DNA of 64,000 nucleotides from Vicugna vicugna (Eukaryota): the NCBI GenBank assembly GCA_013265495.1, contig MU057724.1:62001-126000 (forward strand), given 5' to 3'. A model generated the notes under the pieces. That model was given only the letters and a program-made list of their open reading frames with translations, was not told the DNA's origin and made no database searches. This document shows positions 13,675 to 26,574 of the stretch, piece by piece; within the stretch, counting starts at the first letter, position 1; each line of letters begins with the position of its first letter. Position numbers and translations under genes: made by a program.

Positions 13675-16600
13675 TTTTTTTTTTTTAGATTTTTTAAACT
13701 TTTTTTATTGAGTAATAGTCATTTTACAGTGTTGTCAAATTCTAGTGTAGAGCACAATTTTTCAGTTATATATGAACATATATATATATTCATTGTCACA
13801 TTTTTTTTCAATATGAGCTACCACAAGATCTTGTTTATATTTTCCTGTGCCATACAGTATAATCTTGTTTGTCTGTTCTGCATTTTAAAATCCCAGTCTG
13901 TCCCTTCCCACCCCCCACCCCCTTGGCAACCACAAGTTTGTATTCTATGTCTATGAGTCTATTTCTGTTTTGTATTTGTTTTGTTTTGTTTTGTTTTAGA
14001 TTCCTCATATGAGCGACCTCATATGGTATTTTTCTTTCTCTTTCTGGCTTACTTCACTTAGAATGACATTCTCCAGGGACATCCATGTTGCTACAAATGG
14101 CGTTATGTTGTCGGTTTTTATGGCTGAATAGTATTCCATCGTACAAATAAACCACCTCTTCTTTATCCAGTCCTCTTTTGATGGACATTTAGGCTGCTTC
14201 CATGTCTTGGCTATGGTAAATAGTGCTGCTATGAACATTGGGGTGCAGGTGTCATTCTGAAGTAGGGTTCCTTCTGGATATATGCCCAGGAGTGAGATTC
14301 CTGGGTCATATGGTATGTCTATTCCTAGTCTTTTGAGAAATCTCCATACTGTTTTCCACAATGGCTTTCCTTGCTTCCCTCTCCCACTCTTAATGATTTA
14401 AATGTCTTCTTTTACAATTTTGTGTTTATTCTTTTTGTAATTCATGGCAGTTATCTCCTTTCCAGTTATGAGTTTCTCATTTTTGAGCATCCTGCTTCTT
14501 TTCTATTTAGAGTAGACCTGTCAATATTTCTTTTAGCATGGGTTTAGTGTTGCTAAACTTTTGAGTTTTTGCTTGTCTGTGAAGTTCTTTATCTCTCATT
14601 CTGTTCTAAAGGATAGCCTTGCTGGATAGAGTATCCTAGGCTGCATCTTTTTTTCATGCAGGACTTTGAATATATCTTGCCACTCCCTTCTGGCCTGCAG
14701 TGTTTGTGTAGAGAAATCAGCTGAGAGCCTTATGGGGGTTCCCTTGTAACTCACTCTTTGTTTTTCTCTTGCTGCCTTTAGGATCATTTCTTTATCCTTG
14801 ACTCTGACCATCTTGATTATGATATGTCTTGGTGTGAGTCTGTTTGGGTTCTTCCTATTTGGGACCCTCTGAGCTTCCTGTACTTGGATATCTGATTCCC
14901 TGTTTAAGTTTGGGAAGTTTTCAGTCATGATTTCTTCACATACCTTTTCAATCCCCTTTGTTCTTTTTTCCCCTTCTGGAACCCCTATTATGTGTAGACT
15001 GGCATGCTTTATATTATCCCATAGGTCCCTTATATTGTTTTCCTTGTTTTTTATTTGTTTTTCTTTCATCTGTTCTGATTGGGTGCTTTCTATTGTCCTG
15101 TCTTCTAGGTCGCTTATCTGTTCTTCTGCATTATCTAGTCTGCTTTGTACAGCCTTTAGATCAGCTCTCAGAAAATGAGTTTGCCAATTCTACTTTGTTC
15201 CTCTTTATAGCTTCTACTTCATTTTTGACATATTTTATATCTCTAAACACTATTTCTTTTAGTTCCTTCAGTACTTTGATCACTCCTTTTTTGAAATCTT
15301 GACCTAGTAGGCCATCAATGTTTATTTCATTGATCGTTCTTTCAGGGAATTTCTTTTGATCTTTTAATTGGGAGTGGTTCCTCTGCTTCTTCATCTTGCT
15401 CTAATGTCTCTGGTACTGTGGCTTACGGAGTATCAGCTATCTATTGTGGTCCTTAAAGGAGTTTATTTATTTATCTATCTAAAGCCTATGCAGGAATAAG
15501 ACAAAAAAAAAAAGAGAATTTTAAAAGAAGGGAGAAAAGAAAGGTTTGAAAACAGTGTATAATCAATAATAGAAGAGCAAGTTGAAGCAGAATAGCAATT
15601 GAGTTGAGACATCTTTTTAAAACCTTAAAAAAAGGAGAAAAGGTTAAAGAACAATATTTGAAACCTGTGTATAATCAATAACAGGAGATCAAAACCAAGA
15701 GAAATAAAAATTAAATGAAGTAAACTTTTAAAAATATAATAATAAATATATTTTAAAGGAAAAATTTTAAAGGGATTAAAACTGGAGACATACAATTGTT
15801 TAACAAGTAAAATTTTAAAAGGTAATAGAAAATAGAACAGATTTTTTAAAAAGATAAAACGAGAGAATTTTAAAAGAAGGGAGAAAAGAAAGGTTTCAAA
15901 ACAGTGTATACTCAATAATAGAAGAGCAAGTTGAAGCAGAATAGCAATAGAGTTGAGATGTCTTTTAAAAACCTCTAAAAAAGGAGAAAAAAATCAAAAA
16001 AACTATTTAAAACTTGTGTGTAGTCAATAACGAGATCAAAACCAAGAGAAATAAAAATGAAATGAGGTAGGTTTTTAAAAATAATAATAAAAAGATTTTT
16101 TAAAAACTTAGAAGGGATTAAAACTGTAGACATATACAATTGTTTAAAAAGTAAAGATGAAAAAGGTAATAGAAAATAGATTTAAAAAATGGGGGAGGGG
16201 GATGTGTTCTCCCAGAAACTGTGCACTCTTAGTGATTTCATCAAGAAGTCTTTCTGTCTTTGCCCTGTTTCACGAACTCAGCTTGCTGTTTCTAGAGGCC
16301 CTCAGATGGCACCCTCATCAGTGCTGCTCCCGGTGCCTGTTGGCTAGCAGATCGTGCCCACTCCCAACACTGGGTCAGGTGCTGTGCTCTTACACAGTGG
16401 AAAGGCAGGTCACTCCCCCGCTCGATGCCGCAGTCAGATGCTGCGCTTGGGAGAGGTAGATGGGTGGATCGTGCCCCCTCCCAACACCATGGTCAGGTGC
16501 TGAGCTCCTGCCAGGAAGGCGGGTGGCTGCCCGCCCTCTCCTGGAGCAGGTCGCTCTGCTGCTCTGTGCAGCTGCCTGCTCCACCTCTGTCTGCACTCCG

Positions 16601-17525
16601 TAGGCAGGCTTGGGGAAGACGGTGTAACAGCCCTGCCCCTGCCCCATGCCAAAACCCAGCTCCTTGTTTGTCTTGACAGCACGAGTTCTCTGAGGTACCA
16701 GGTCAGAAAGATTCTATCTGTCTTAGGCCGTAAACAAGTCTCAATCCTGCCTAGGATGTTGCAGAGCCCCCAGTTGCGTATTCAGGTCTTGGTCTCGGCC
16801 CCGTCCCCACCTAATCGCTGCGCACAGGAGGATATGGCAGCTGTGGCTGCGCCCTGCCTCTCTTCTCATGAGAAGTACCAGTAATGGTGCCACGGGTCTG
16901 AGGAGACAAAGACTATGGCGCCTCTCCCCCCAGGACACACCCGCAGTGTTGCTTTGCTTTTTTTTTTTTCTGTAATTTATGGGGGGGCCAGGTTATTCTG
17001 CTTTGTATCCCCTCCCAGCCATGGCACGAAGCACCCTGCAGTCCCCGGGGCTGCCTCAGTGCAGCTGCCCCAGTCCTCTGCCCGGCTTGGGCAGCCTGTC
17101 CCGTCCCCCAGCTGCCAGGTCGCATCTCGGGCTGGGTGTCACAGGGACCCTTTGTGCCCGTTTAACTTAGTTCTGTCGTACAAGGGGTGCTCTGTACAGA
17201 TCTGAGCCTCAGAGGCTCTCCCTCCATCCCGCGGAGGGATGAACTCTTCATTGGAGAGGGGGAGATTCAGCAAACAAGCGCTATTCCTCCTTTGCCGCTC
17301 CCTCCCTGTGGGACTGGTCCCACACTGTTTTGCTTTTTCTTCTTTCTTTTTTCCTTTTCTCCTACCAGATACGTAGCGTCTTTGTCTTTTGAAGAGGGCG
17401 ATGTTATGTTGGAGTTCAGCAGGTGCTCTGGTTGGCTGGGTGGGTCCGTGGATGTGAGTTTTGGTGTATTTGTGGGAGAGGGTGAGCTACAAGTGTCCTA
17501 CCCTGCCATCTTGGCCCATCCCAGC
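13675..17525 (-). mobile_element. Young L1 with 5'UTR, ORF1 and 3' end, but with ORF2 almost wholly deleted (about 3.85 kb)
   Basis: 5' terminus ...gggccaagatggcagggtagg near 17520; GC-rich 5'UTR 16200-17520; ORF1 from ATG 15394 (MKKQRNHSQLK...IRDLWDNIK...PRHIIIKM...IRLSADFS...ARREWQDIF...YPARLSF) to TAA at 14509-14507, with lesions; then ORF2 C-terminus only (14361-14005: WKTVWRFLK...TCTPMFIAALFTIAKTWKQPKCP); 3'UTR and poly(A) near 13700. Confidence 0.95.
15514..16190. repeat. Tandem duplication with a period of about 349 bp in the L1 5'UTR
   Basis: gagaattttaaaagaagggagaaaagaaaggttt...gaagagcaagttgaagcagaatagcaat starts at 15514 and again at 15863; the copies stay alignable to about 16190. 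Confidence 0.92.
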
Positions 17526-17529
17526 TCCA

Positions 17530-18280
17530 GAGCCATTTTAGGTTTACAATAAAATTGAAAAGGAAGTATATAAATTTACCATATACCCTTGTCCCCGACA
17601 CAGGCAGGATCTTCCCCATTATCCATATAGTTTGCCAGTAGTCCATTTGTTACTAAGACTGAACTTTACATTGACACATCATAATCACCCAAAGTCCGTA
17701 ATTTACCTTAGGGATCATTCCTGATGTTGTACATTCAGTGGGTTTGGACTGATGTATAATGACATATATCCATTATTATAGTATCATACAGTGTATTTCC
17801 ACTGTCCTGAAAGTCCTCTGTGCTCTACCTGTTCATCTCCCCCACTCTTCCTCCAACCTGGCACCAATCTTTATATTGTCTTTGTAGTTTTTCCTTTTTC
17901 AGAATGTCATATAGTGGGAATCATATAGGTGTGTAGCGTTTTCAGATTGGCTTCTTTCACTTAGTCATAGGCACTTAAATTTCCTCCCTGTTTCCACATG
18001 GCTTGATAGCTTGCTTCTTTTTAGTGCTGAGTAATATTCCATTGTCTGGATATATCATGGTTTATCTATTCACCTACTCAGGGACATCTTGGTTGCTTCC
18101 ATGTTTTGGCAATTATGAATAAAGCTGTGATAAACATACATACAGAGATGTTTATGTGAACATACATTTTCTACTTCTTTGGGTAAAGATCAAGGAGTGT
18201 GATTGTATAGTAGGAGTATGCTTAATTTTGTAAGAAACCACCAAACTGTCTTCCAAAGTGGCTGGGCCGTTTTGCACCAT
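17530..18280 (-). mobile_element. Older L1 (L1MA/L1MB-type) 3' region
   Basis: agagccattttaggtttacaataaaattg...cataatcacccaaagtcc...ttcagattggcttctttcacttag...ccaaactgtcttccaaagtggctg. Confidence 0.85.
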
Positions 18281-18414
18281 TTATTCTTCAAGGCGCACAT
18301 TATTTCCAAGGTCCCATGAAGTTCTCGTGACTGTGCAATGTCTTTTTTCTCAAATCCAACCCACTTTTGTGTCTCTTCTCACCTGAATACAGCTTAAATA
18401 TTGATAATATTCCC

Positions 18415-19330
18415 AAGGTTCCAACCTGGACCTCCTCTTCCTCCTTTTACATGATATCCGTGGACAGTCTTTTCTAGTGCTCATACCTTCAGGCACTGTT
18501 TCTGCTCTTGGGATTCCTGAAGTTGTGTCTCCTTCTCACGTCCCTTTCTTAGAGCTCAGACCCATAAAGCCGCTGCCTCTTGGTCAGTTTTCCCTCAGCT
18601 ATTTCATAAGCATTGCATTAATTACATATCAAAACCAGATTTACTATTAGCAACTACCCCTCTCCAGATATCTTCCCTGAATCCCCTTTCTTGGTAAGTG
18701 TACTTTACTTGTCCAAACCAGATGCTTGAGGTCTCCTTTGGCTCTGTCTTCACTGTCATTCCTAACATCTGGGAGTCCTTAAGTGTTGTTAAGTCTCCTT
18801 CCTTATTTTCTTTCAAGCCCATCTCTCTTTCCTCCCACCACTACTGACTGCCACTTACATCCTGTCTATGTCTTGCTTTGATCATGGAAGAGCTTTCTAG
18901 CTAGCAGGCTGCTTTCCCTACCTGCCCATAGTAGAGCCTGTTCTTCAGAATGTTGTTCGGAGGATCATTCTATACTGATATCTGCCTTGTTAGCCTCTGT
19001 CCAAACTGCCCATGGCTCCCGCAAGGCCTCAGAATAAAGCTGCATGCCCTGCTGTAGTCTGCAGCAGCCCTCTCTCTGCTGCTGTTTGTAGGTTTTCCTG
19101 CATGCACTGTATTCTCTCGTATTTGTGGTCCTCCTGTTCCTTTCCTGGATGTACTTCCTTCGCTTTCTCCCTAATAACATACACTTAGCGTTCAGCTTTA
19201 GGTGGCAGATCGTGATTCAGGTGGCAGCTGTTTCCCTCTTCCCTGTGCCCACCTGGCCTTGTTTTCCTCTTACTTGTTCCCATGGTGCCTGAACGACACT
19301 TTGATAGCAGTACTTCTACCACGTTGTTTA
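18415..19330 (+). mobile_element. Degraded L2 LINE
   Basis: Pyrimidine-rich L2-like segments such as agctcagacccata, caaaaccagatttact, cccaccactactg and ccatggctccc. Confidence 0.55.
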
Positions 19331-19447
19331 TGACTCTTTCCTTCTGACCTCCTCATCCCTACAAAGTGCTATGTCCCTTCAACTTCTGCATGTGAGTCCC
19401 CAGCACAAGCCACATGTGGCTGGTTATTTGTTCTCATTTTTCTAGGA

Positions 19448-19656
19448 CTGTGGTTCTCAACTGGGAGTGGTTTCATCCCCCAGGGGATATTTGGCGATGC
19501 CTGGAGACATTTTTGACAGTCATTACTGGTGGGGCAGTGCTACCGTCATCTAGTGGGTGGTGGCCAGGAATGCTGCTGAACCCCCTACGATGCACCAGGC
19601 AGGCTTCCACCTTACCCAGCTTGAAATGACAACAGTGCTGAGGCCGAGAAACCCTG
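19448..19656. mobile_element. hAT-Charlie MITE MER20
   Basis: ctgtggttctcaactggg...ggggatatttggcgatgcctggagacatttttg...atctagtgggt...gtgctgaggccgagaaaccctg; degenerate TSD ttctagga / ctctagca. Confidence 0.88.
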
Positions 19657-21339
19657 CTCTAGCAGGAAGGGCAAAACTTGAGAGTACTAAAAGAAGACAT
19701 TCGTAACAAAAAGATGGAATTAAATTTGGAGTTCTCAGATAGTATATATAAGTTTTCAGTGTCAAGGAACTAAATTTTCAGTGTAAACTGCTCAGGTTCT
19801 TTTTGTGGACTGTTAACATTTATTCAGAAGCTGTGTTGGGGTGTGGGAATCGTGTGACCCCTGTGCTTATTAATGGATTAGCAGCATTTAGTATTTAAAC
19901 TTTAGTAATGCAGTAATTTAGACATGTAACTGAAATTGTGAAAAGGATAGTGGAACTAAGATCTTCATTTGAATATTTTTTTCATTTACTTTTTCATATT
20001 TTAAATGTGCCTGGTAACAGGTCACTACCCAAGCTGGTTTTTCGAAGAGACATGGGGGTGGGTGATATTTTTTTTTAAGCTCTTGAAAAGGTTTTAACTA
20101 TAAAATCCTCGAAAAAGGCCAAGTGTGATAAACCTTTTGTGTATAGACTAGGAAATGATGAAAACTGTAGTGCTAACACACACACACACACACACGCAGC
20201 CACAAGTGATAACCTTCAGATGCTTGTATCCTCTTCACTGTCTCTAGTTCATTGCCTGTGACAGTGCCAGGGCCACAGTTCATGCTGGCAGGAGAGAGGG
20301 CTCTTCATGAGGGACCCCAGAGCTACACTATGAGTTGACCAGGTACAGAAGAACCATTCAACTAGATGTACAATTTACGTTTAGTAAATGTAAAATTTAG
20401 TGTAGGTATTAAATTGGAAGGGGCTACCGATATACTGGAAAGTTAGAATGTTGAAGGATAAATTGTCATCATTAGAACAAGATGGGACTGACCTGCACAA
20501 CCAAGTAACAGGAAAATAAAATACCTGTCATACTTAAAAGTTTTGGCGTGTGTCAGGGCAAAAACAGAAAACATCACAAAAGAAAGCTTTAATTCTTCTC
20601 TCCAGGGTTGGCTGTTGTTGTGAATTCCTGTTTTGTAATCTAGTTTTCAAAACAATTTTTATTTATTTGGTGGTTCAGAAATTTTAGTAGAAGAAAGAAG
20701 AAACATTTTGGGAAATGTTAGGAAAAAGACTCAGTGACTCATTCTTAAATAGTTCCTGTTGATATCAGCAATTTCAAACTAGCCTCTGGAAAATGGCATA
20801 TTGGAATTATGCAGAAAAAGTTAATTTTTCATCTGTATCCTTGGAGATGTCTTTGGTAAATTAAGCGGTTTACACTTAAGAGGCAATTTTCTTTTATTTT
20901 GTTTTTAACAAATAGTGAATATTATTTACTCCACATTAAAATTCAAAATCAAAACAATGGTTTTTTTTTCCAATAGGTATTAGATTACATTGACTAGCAG
21001 CCATTCAGGTTGGTGTTATTAGTTCAATGTTTGAGACTGATACGTGTGGCACATTTCTTTTAGTTTATTGAAGGAAGATTGAAATATTTGTGCTGAATTT
21101 AGTGGATTCTGTGAGATAGTCTCTGGCTTATAATTGGTTTAATCTCTTGTCTTTGGGTATATGACTTATTTTGGATTTTGTGACTTTGTGTCAAAATAGA
21201 AGTTTAAGCTACAGATAGTGTATTTACAAAGTTATTTCAATAAATATAATTATAAGGGAATAGAATAATAGGCATATATAAATAGGATTTGAATAAAGAG
21301 TTCTCCAAATTTAATTGCGTTTCTCTTAATTTTTTTCAG

Positions 21340-21590
21340 ACAAGTCCTACAGAAATTTTGGAGTATTCGTCAGATAGTGAAAGAGCTGATGACTCAGAGA
21401 ATGTCTTGTTCACTGATGCAGAGCCCTCTCACAGATGCCCCGTGGGCAGTGGGCCAGGTGGGAGACATGCTGCGGAGAAACTGGTATACCCGGGGCTGAG
21501 GCCTGCAGAGACCATTGTGCATGCACCCCCAAGACAGACAAAGCTTCCCAAGACTCCAGAGAAGTCAGCAAAGACAAAGAAGCTTTTAAG
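21340..21590 (+). CDS. SPIDR: SPIDR internal coding exon (likely human exon 6 equivalent), 251 bp, phase 0 to 2
   Basis: Pyrimidine tract and ...ttttttcag acceptor (AG 21338-21339), donor gttaaa at 21591. Encodes TSPTEILEYSSDSERADDSENVLF...KTPEKSAKTKKLLR, matching my recall of SPIDR (EILEYSSDSE...KKKLLR). In frame with the next exon. Confidence 0.93.
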
Positions 21591-23524
21591 GTTAAATTGC
21601 ACATTTTAAAATTTTTTTAAGTTTTCCTCTTTCTTAAAAAACCCAAATACCTAAAGTGTTAATTTAGAAATACTTAGTTGTTTACTTGCGAAGGAAGATT
21701 GACAGAGTAGAATTGTAATCCCATCCTAATTTCTGGAGATGATTTATGGTATTTTTCATCCAAATTGAGCATTCACTCTTTTTAGTCATAACCAGCTTAT
21801 GTGACTGTTTTCCTTAATAGAGATTGGTTATTTGGGTTTATCAAATTTTATTGAACACCAGTGTTCCAGGTGCTGTCTTAGACAATTGAAACAAGTAAAT
21901 GACTCTTCCTGTTTTCAAGTAACTTAACAGTCCATAGAAATATGGACTGTTGAGATTACATTTGTGATTGTGATTGGCCAGGGAAACACTTGCAAAGACT
22001 TTTGAGAGCAAGGATTCATAGGAAAGAAATTAGTGTGTATGTGAAGAACCCTAGGGGCCAGGCCATGGAGGACCCAGCAGGACAAGTGAAGGAGCCTGGA
22101 GTGTGCTGGGGTGGGGTTGTGGGGTGTTGCATGTCCAAACGCTGTGTCGTACACTGTCTGTTTGTGTCTTAAATTAGAACGAATCAGGGAAAACACAACT
22201 TCAATGAAAGTGTGAAGGAGAAGTTGTGGGAAACAGTGCCACAAAAGCAAACTCAGTGGAGAGTTTAAAGGAAAAAGGAATACAGTAGAAAGAGTAAACA
22301 TGGCAATGAAGAACACGGTTTTGGATCTGTTTAGGATATGTCTACCTCAAGAGAGGGCAAATACAATGCACACCAAGGAGACCCCAGTGCCGGTATCAGA
22401 CAATGTCAGTGGATTATTAAGGGAGGAAGCGAGGGGCTCAAGGAGTGCAGATGGGGCTGTGACCCTTCTGCTGGAAGCTGGGATTCAAGATAGGAAAAGG
22501 GTGGGGAGCTTAGCTTGTTTGGGTTTGAATGGGATCCAGTATCTAAAGAAATTCCCAGAGAAAAGGTGAGATATTTGAAGAATGATAGGGAAGACCCAGT
22601 GGAGATGGCGAGATTAGGGGTCATTTCTGTCAGCATCTGGGAAGGGAAGTGGGAGAGGGAGGCCTGTCTTGAATAAAGGGGTGGAGGGAAGAGTATGAAG
22701 TGTGACTGAGTTGAGTGGGATGGATGTAGTCTGGTGAGTCAGCTGATGCCTATCCACTGTTTCCTTTTGTTTTGTTTTTTAAGTATAAAATAAGACAGAG
22801 GCCTTATGCTCAAAGTGAAGAAATTATACCTCAAATGAGAATAGTGGTGGTTTGTAATAGTCTCTGGAGAAAACAGAAAAGGAAGCTAAGTAAAGGGATT
22901 AGAATGCTGTTTGAAGTCGATCCTACACAATTATAGAAAGTCCCAACCCAGTTAAGGGCCTACTGTGTGCCAAGCACTATTTCGTGTCCTGGAGGCACAG
23001 CAGTGAACAAAGGCAATGATGTTTCAGTTTTAAGCAACAGATCAGGGAAGCCTCTGAGAACATGACTTATTGAGCAGCTGGCAGAACAGAGCTGGCATTT
23101 CCTGAGATGAGGTAGGAGAATGGTGAGGGCATCATATGGTTTGGTTTTGTTTTCCTTGGTAAAAAAATGATAAGGCTTTTTTTGGAATAATGAGGTTATT
23201 CATCTTTTACTTTCTCTGTTGTAAATTGTACAAGTTCTTTTCAGAGTTTATATACCAGGGTTTGAGTTTTTCTTATTATTTTGATTCTATACTTTCAAAC
23301 ACAAATTGGAGTTTTTCCACCAACCTTGCTCTTTGACATCAAATTCTTATGTACATGTGTACATATATTTGGGGGGAATGTATAAAAGTTTATATTTTGT
23401 GTGGTCAGTTCTGTGAGTTGGTCATGTGTCATGCCACCTCCCAATGACTTTTTAAGCATAAGAAGTTGTTCTGCATCCTTAATAGTAATAATCTCCTTTT
23501 GTACATATTGTGGAAATATGTATT

Positions 23525-23860
23525 ATTTTCTTCCAGTTTTCAGATTTAATGACATACAGTACTGTGTAAGTTTAAGGTGTACAAGCATAGTGATTTGATT
23601 TATGTACGTTGTGAAATGATTACCATGGTAAGTTTAGCTAACATCATCACCTCATATACATCCAAAGAAAGTTGAGAAATGGTTTCTACATTGTGATAAG
23701 AACTTTTGGGATCTACTGTCTTAGAAAATTTTACATACATCATAAAGCAGTGTTACCCATACTCCTCATGTTGTGCATTACATCTCCAGTACTTATTTAT
23801 CGTATACCTAGAAGTTCATACCTTTTGACCACCTTCATCCAGTTACCCCTTCTCCCACCT
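23525..23860 (-). mobile_element. L1 3'UTR fragment
   Basis: ccagttttcagatttaatgacatacagtactgtgtaagtttaaggtgtac...ccttttgaccaccttcatcca; related to the element at 33180. Confidence 0.8.
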
Positions 23861-23861
23861 C

Positions 23862-25610
23862 AAAGAATCATATAAAGAAGAACAAACTAAACCCAAAGTT
23901 AGTATCAGAAGGGAAATAATAAAAATCAGAGGGGAAATACATGATATGGACTGTAAAGATAATAGAAAAGACTAATGGAAATGATTAATGATTACTGGGT
24001 TTTTTTTAAAAGCTAAACTCAGGCAAACTTTTACCTAAACAAAAAAGGAGAGAAGACTCAGATAAAATTAGAAATGAAAAAGAAGTCATTAAAACTGATA
24101 CCACATAAATACAAAGAATCATGATAGGCCTCCGTGATAATTATACACCAACAAATTGGACAACCTAGAAGAAATGAATGAATCCTAGAAACATACAACC
24201 TACCAGAACTGAATCAAGATGAAATAAAAACTCTGAACAGACCAGCTACTAGTAAGGAGATTGAATCAGTAATCAAAACTCTCACAACAAAGTAAAGTCT
24301 AGGAACAGATGGCTTCACTGATTATTTCTGTCTCATGTTAAGAAGAGTTAGTGCCAATCTTCGTCACTTTCAAATAAAAAAAGAGGAGGAAACACTTCCA
24401 AGCTCATTTTACCTGGCCAACATTACCCTAATACCAAAACCAGATAAGGTCATTTCAAGAAAAGAAAATTACAGGCCAGTATCCCTGAGGAACATGGACA
24501 CAGAAGTCCTCAATAAAGCATTAGCACATCAAATTCAACGATGTATTAAAAGGATTATACACTGTGATCACTTGGGATTGTTTCTAGGGATGCAAGGATT
24601 GTTCTTCCTCCAAAAATCACTCAACATGATACCCCGTATTAACAAAATGGAGGAAAAAATCGTACGATCATTTCAGTAGATGCAGAAAATTCTTTAACAA
24701 ATACCAACATCTGTTCATAAAAACAGTTTCAACAAACTAGGTATAAAGGGAATGTACCTTAACATAATAAAGGCCATAAAATGACAAGCCCACAGCTGAC
24801 ATCATACTCACAGTGAAAAGCTCATAGCATTTCCTCCTTTACAAGGATGCCCACTCTTGTCACTTTCATTCAACATCGTACTGAAAGTCCCCACCAGAGT
24901 AATTAGGTAGGAAGAAGAAATAAAAGGCATCCCAATTCAGAAGAACTAAAACTTGTCTTTTTTATAGATGACATGATCTTATACAGAAAACTCTAAAGAC
25001 TCTTGAATGGACATTTTCCCAAAGGAGACATCCAAATAACTGAAAGGTATATCAGAAGATGTTCCATATCAGTAATCTGGGAAATGCAAGTCAAAACTCA
25101 GTGAGATACCACCTCACGTCTGTCAGAATGGCTGTCATCAAAAAGACAGGAGATGATAAGTACTGACTAGGATGTATAGAAAAGGGAGCCCTTCTGCACT
25201 GTCGGCGGGAACATGAATTTACGTAGCCGCTATTTAAAACTGTGTGGAGGTTCTAAGAAAATTAAAAATACATCTACTGTATTATCCACCAATCCCACTT
25301 CTGGGAATATATTCATGTGAAAGGGGTGCAGACTTTTAGTCATAAGGTGGATAAGTTCTGAAGGATCTAATGTAAACATGGTGACTATTATTGAAAATGC
25401 TATATTGTACAATTTAAATTTTTTAAGTGGGTAGAACTTAAATGTTTTCACCAAAAAGAATAAAAGGTAAATCTGTGAGGTGATGATCTGTCAGTTAAGT
25501 AAATTGAGAGGGATGTGTTCCTTGCAGATGTATAATATGTATCAAGTCACCACACTGTATGCTGTAAATACTTAACAAATTCATTTGTCAAAGAAAGCAA
25601 AAAAGAAAAG
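23862..25610 (+). mobile_element. Degraded L1 ORF2 and 3'UTR with internal deletions
   Basis: ORF fragment ETLPSSFYLANITLIPKPDK...KENYRPVSLRNMD. Sequence jumps near 25003 and 25318. L1MA-type tail with A-rich end near 25600. Confidence 0.9.
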
Positions 25611-26574
25611 AGTTAATTTGCATGTGTTACAGCAGGGCCTTCTTGAGCCCCCCCCCCCTTTTTTTTCAGTGTACAAGAGGTTTTTACTAGAATTATGATT
25701 GTTGGCTAGAGGTCATGATATTTCCGTTCCTAAGTTCTGGTGAATCTTCTCAGAATTCCCTGTAGGAATTCTTAGAGCAGAGGTATCCTGACCAAAACCA
25801 AAGTGGAAATGCTGATTCTTAGGGTTTCCGATGTTCCCGCATGTGGAAAACTGTTCTACACTCATTTTTGTTCTTGCCTTTTACCTTTCATCCTGTCATT
25901 CCTCCAGTTTACTTGTAAGGTTCTGGGCTTGGCGTTAACCGTATATTGCTTTTAGATTGTAGTTAGTGTTTTTTCTTCGCTCTAAAGTCATAAGATTGAA
26001 AACCAACATTTGGCAAATAATACCTAGGTCATTGTGACCTTTTTCAGTAGTGCGTATTCTTGAAGGAGCAGTAGGTGTATCATTGACACAGCCAGACAGC
26101 CTAGTGGCAGATGTTCACCTCGTGCGATAAAATGCCTCAGTGTATCTTCTATAAAGTGACAGTAGTACCTGCTTTCTTCATGTTGTTCAGAGAGGGTGTA
26201 TAGATGAGTTAGTTCATGTAAACAGAATGATATGAAGAAGGGCTTCCATAGCTATAAAGTACAGGTAGACATGTGTGTAAAGTAGAGGTTCTTTGGCATA
26301 TTTGTCGTTGTGAGAATTAAAAATTTGCTGTTATATATACTGCTCACATACACACACACACATATTCAGAAATAATTAGCACCTATAGGAAAACAAAGTA
26401 GACGGTAGTGATAATATTTATAACATGTATTAAAATATGATCTTTTGATTGTTGTAGAAAAAGTATAGGGTGCAAGTAAAAATCATAACAGAATCAGTAA
26501 CACCACTGACTAGCATTTCTTGAAGGTTTACTAAATGCCAGACACTGTTCTGAGTCCTTTCTGTTTTCAACAAC

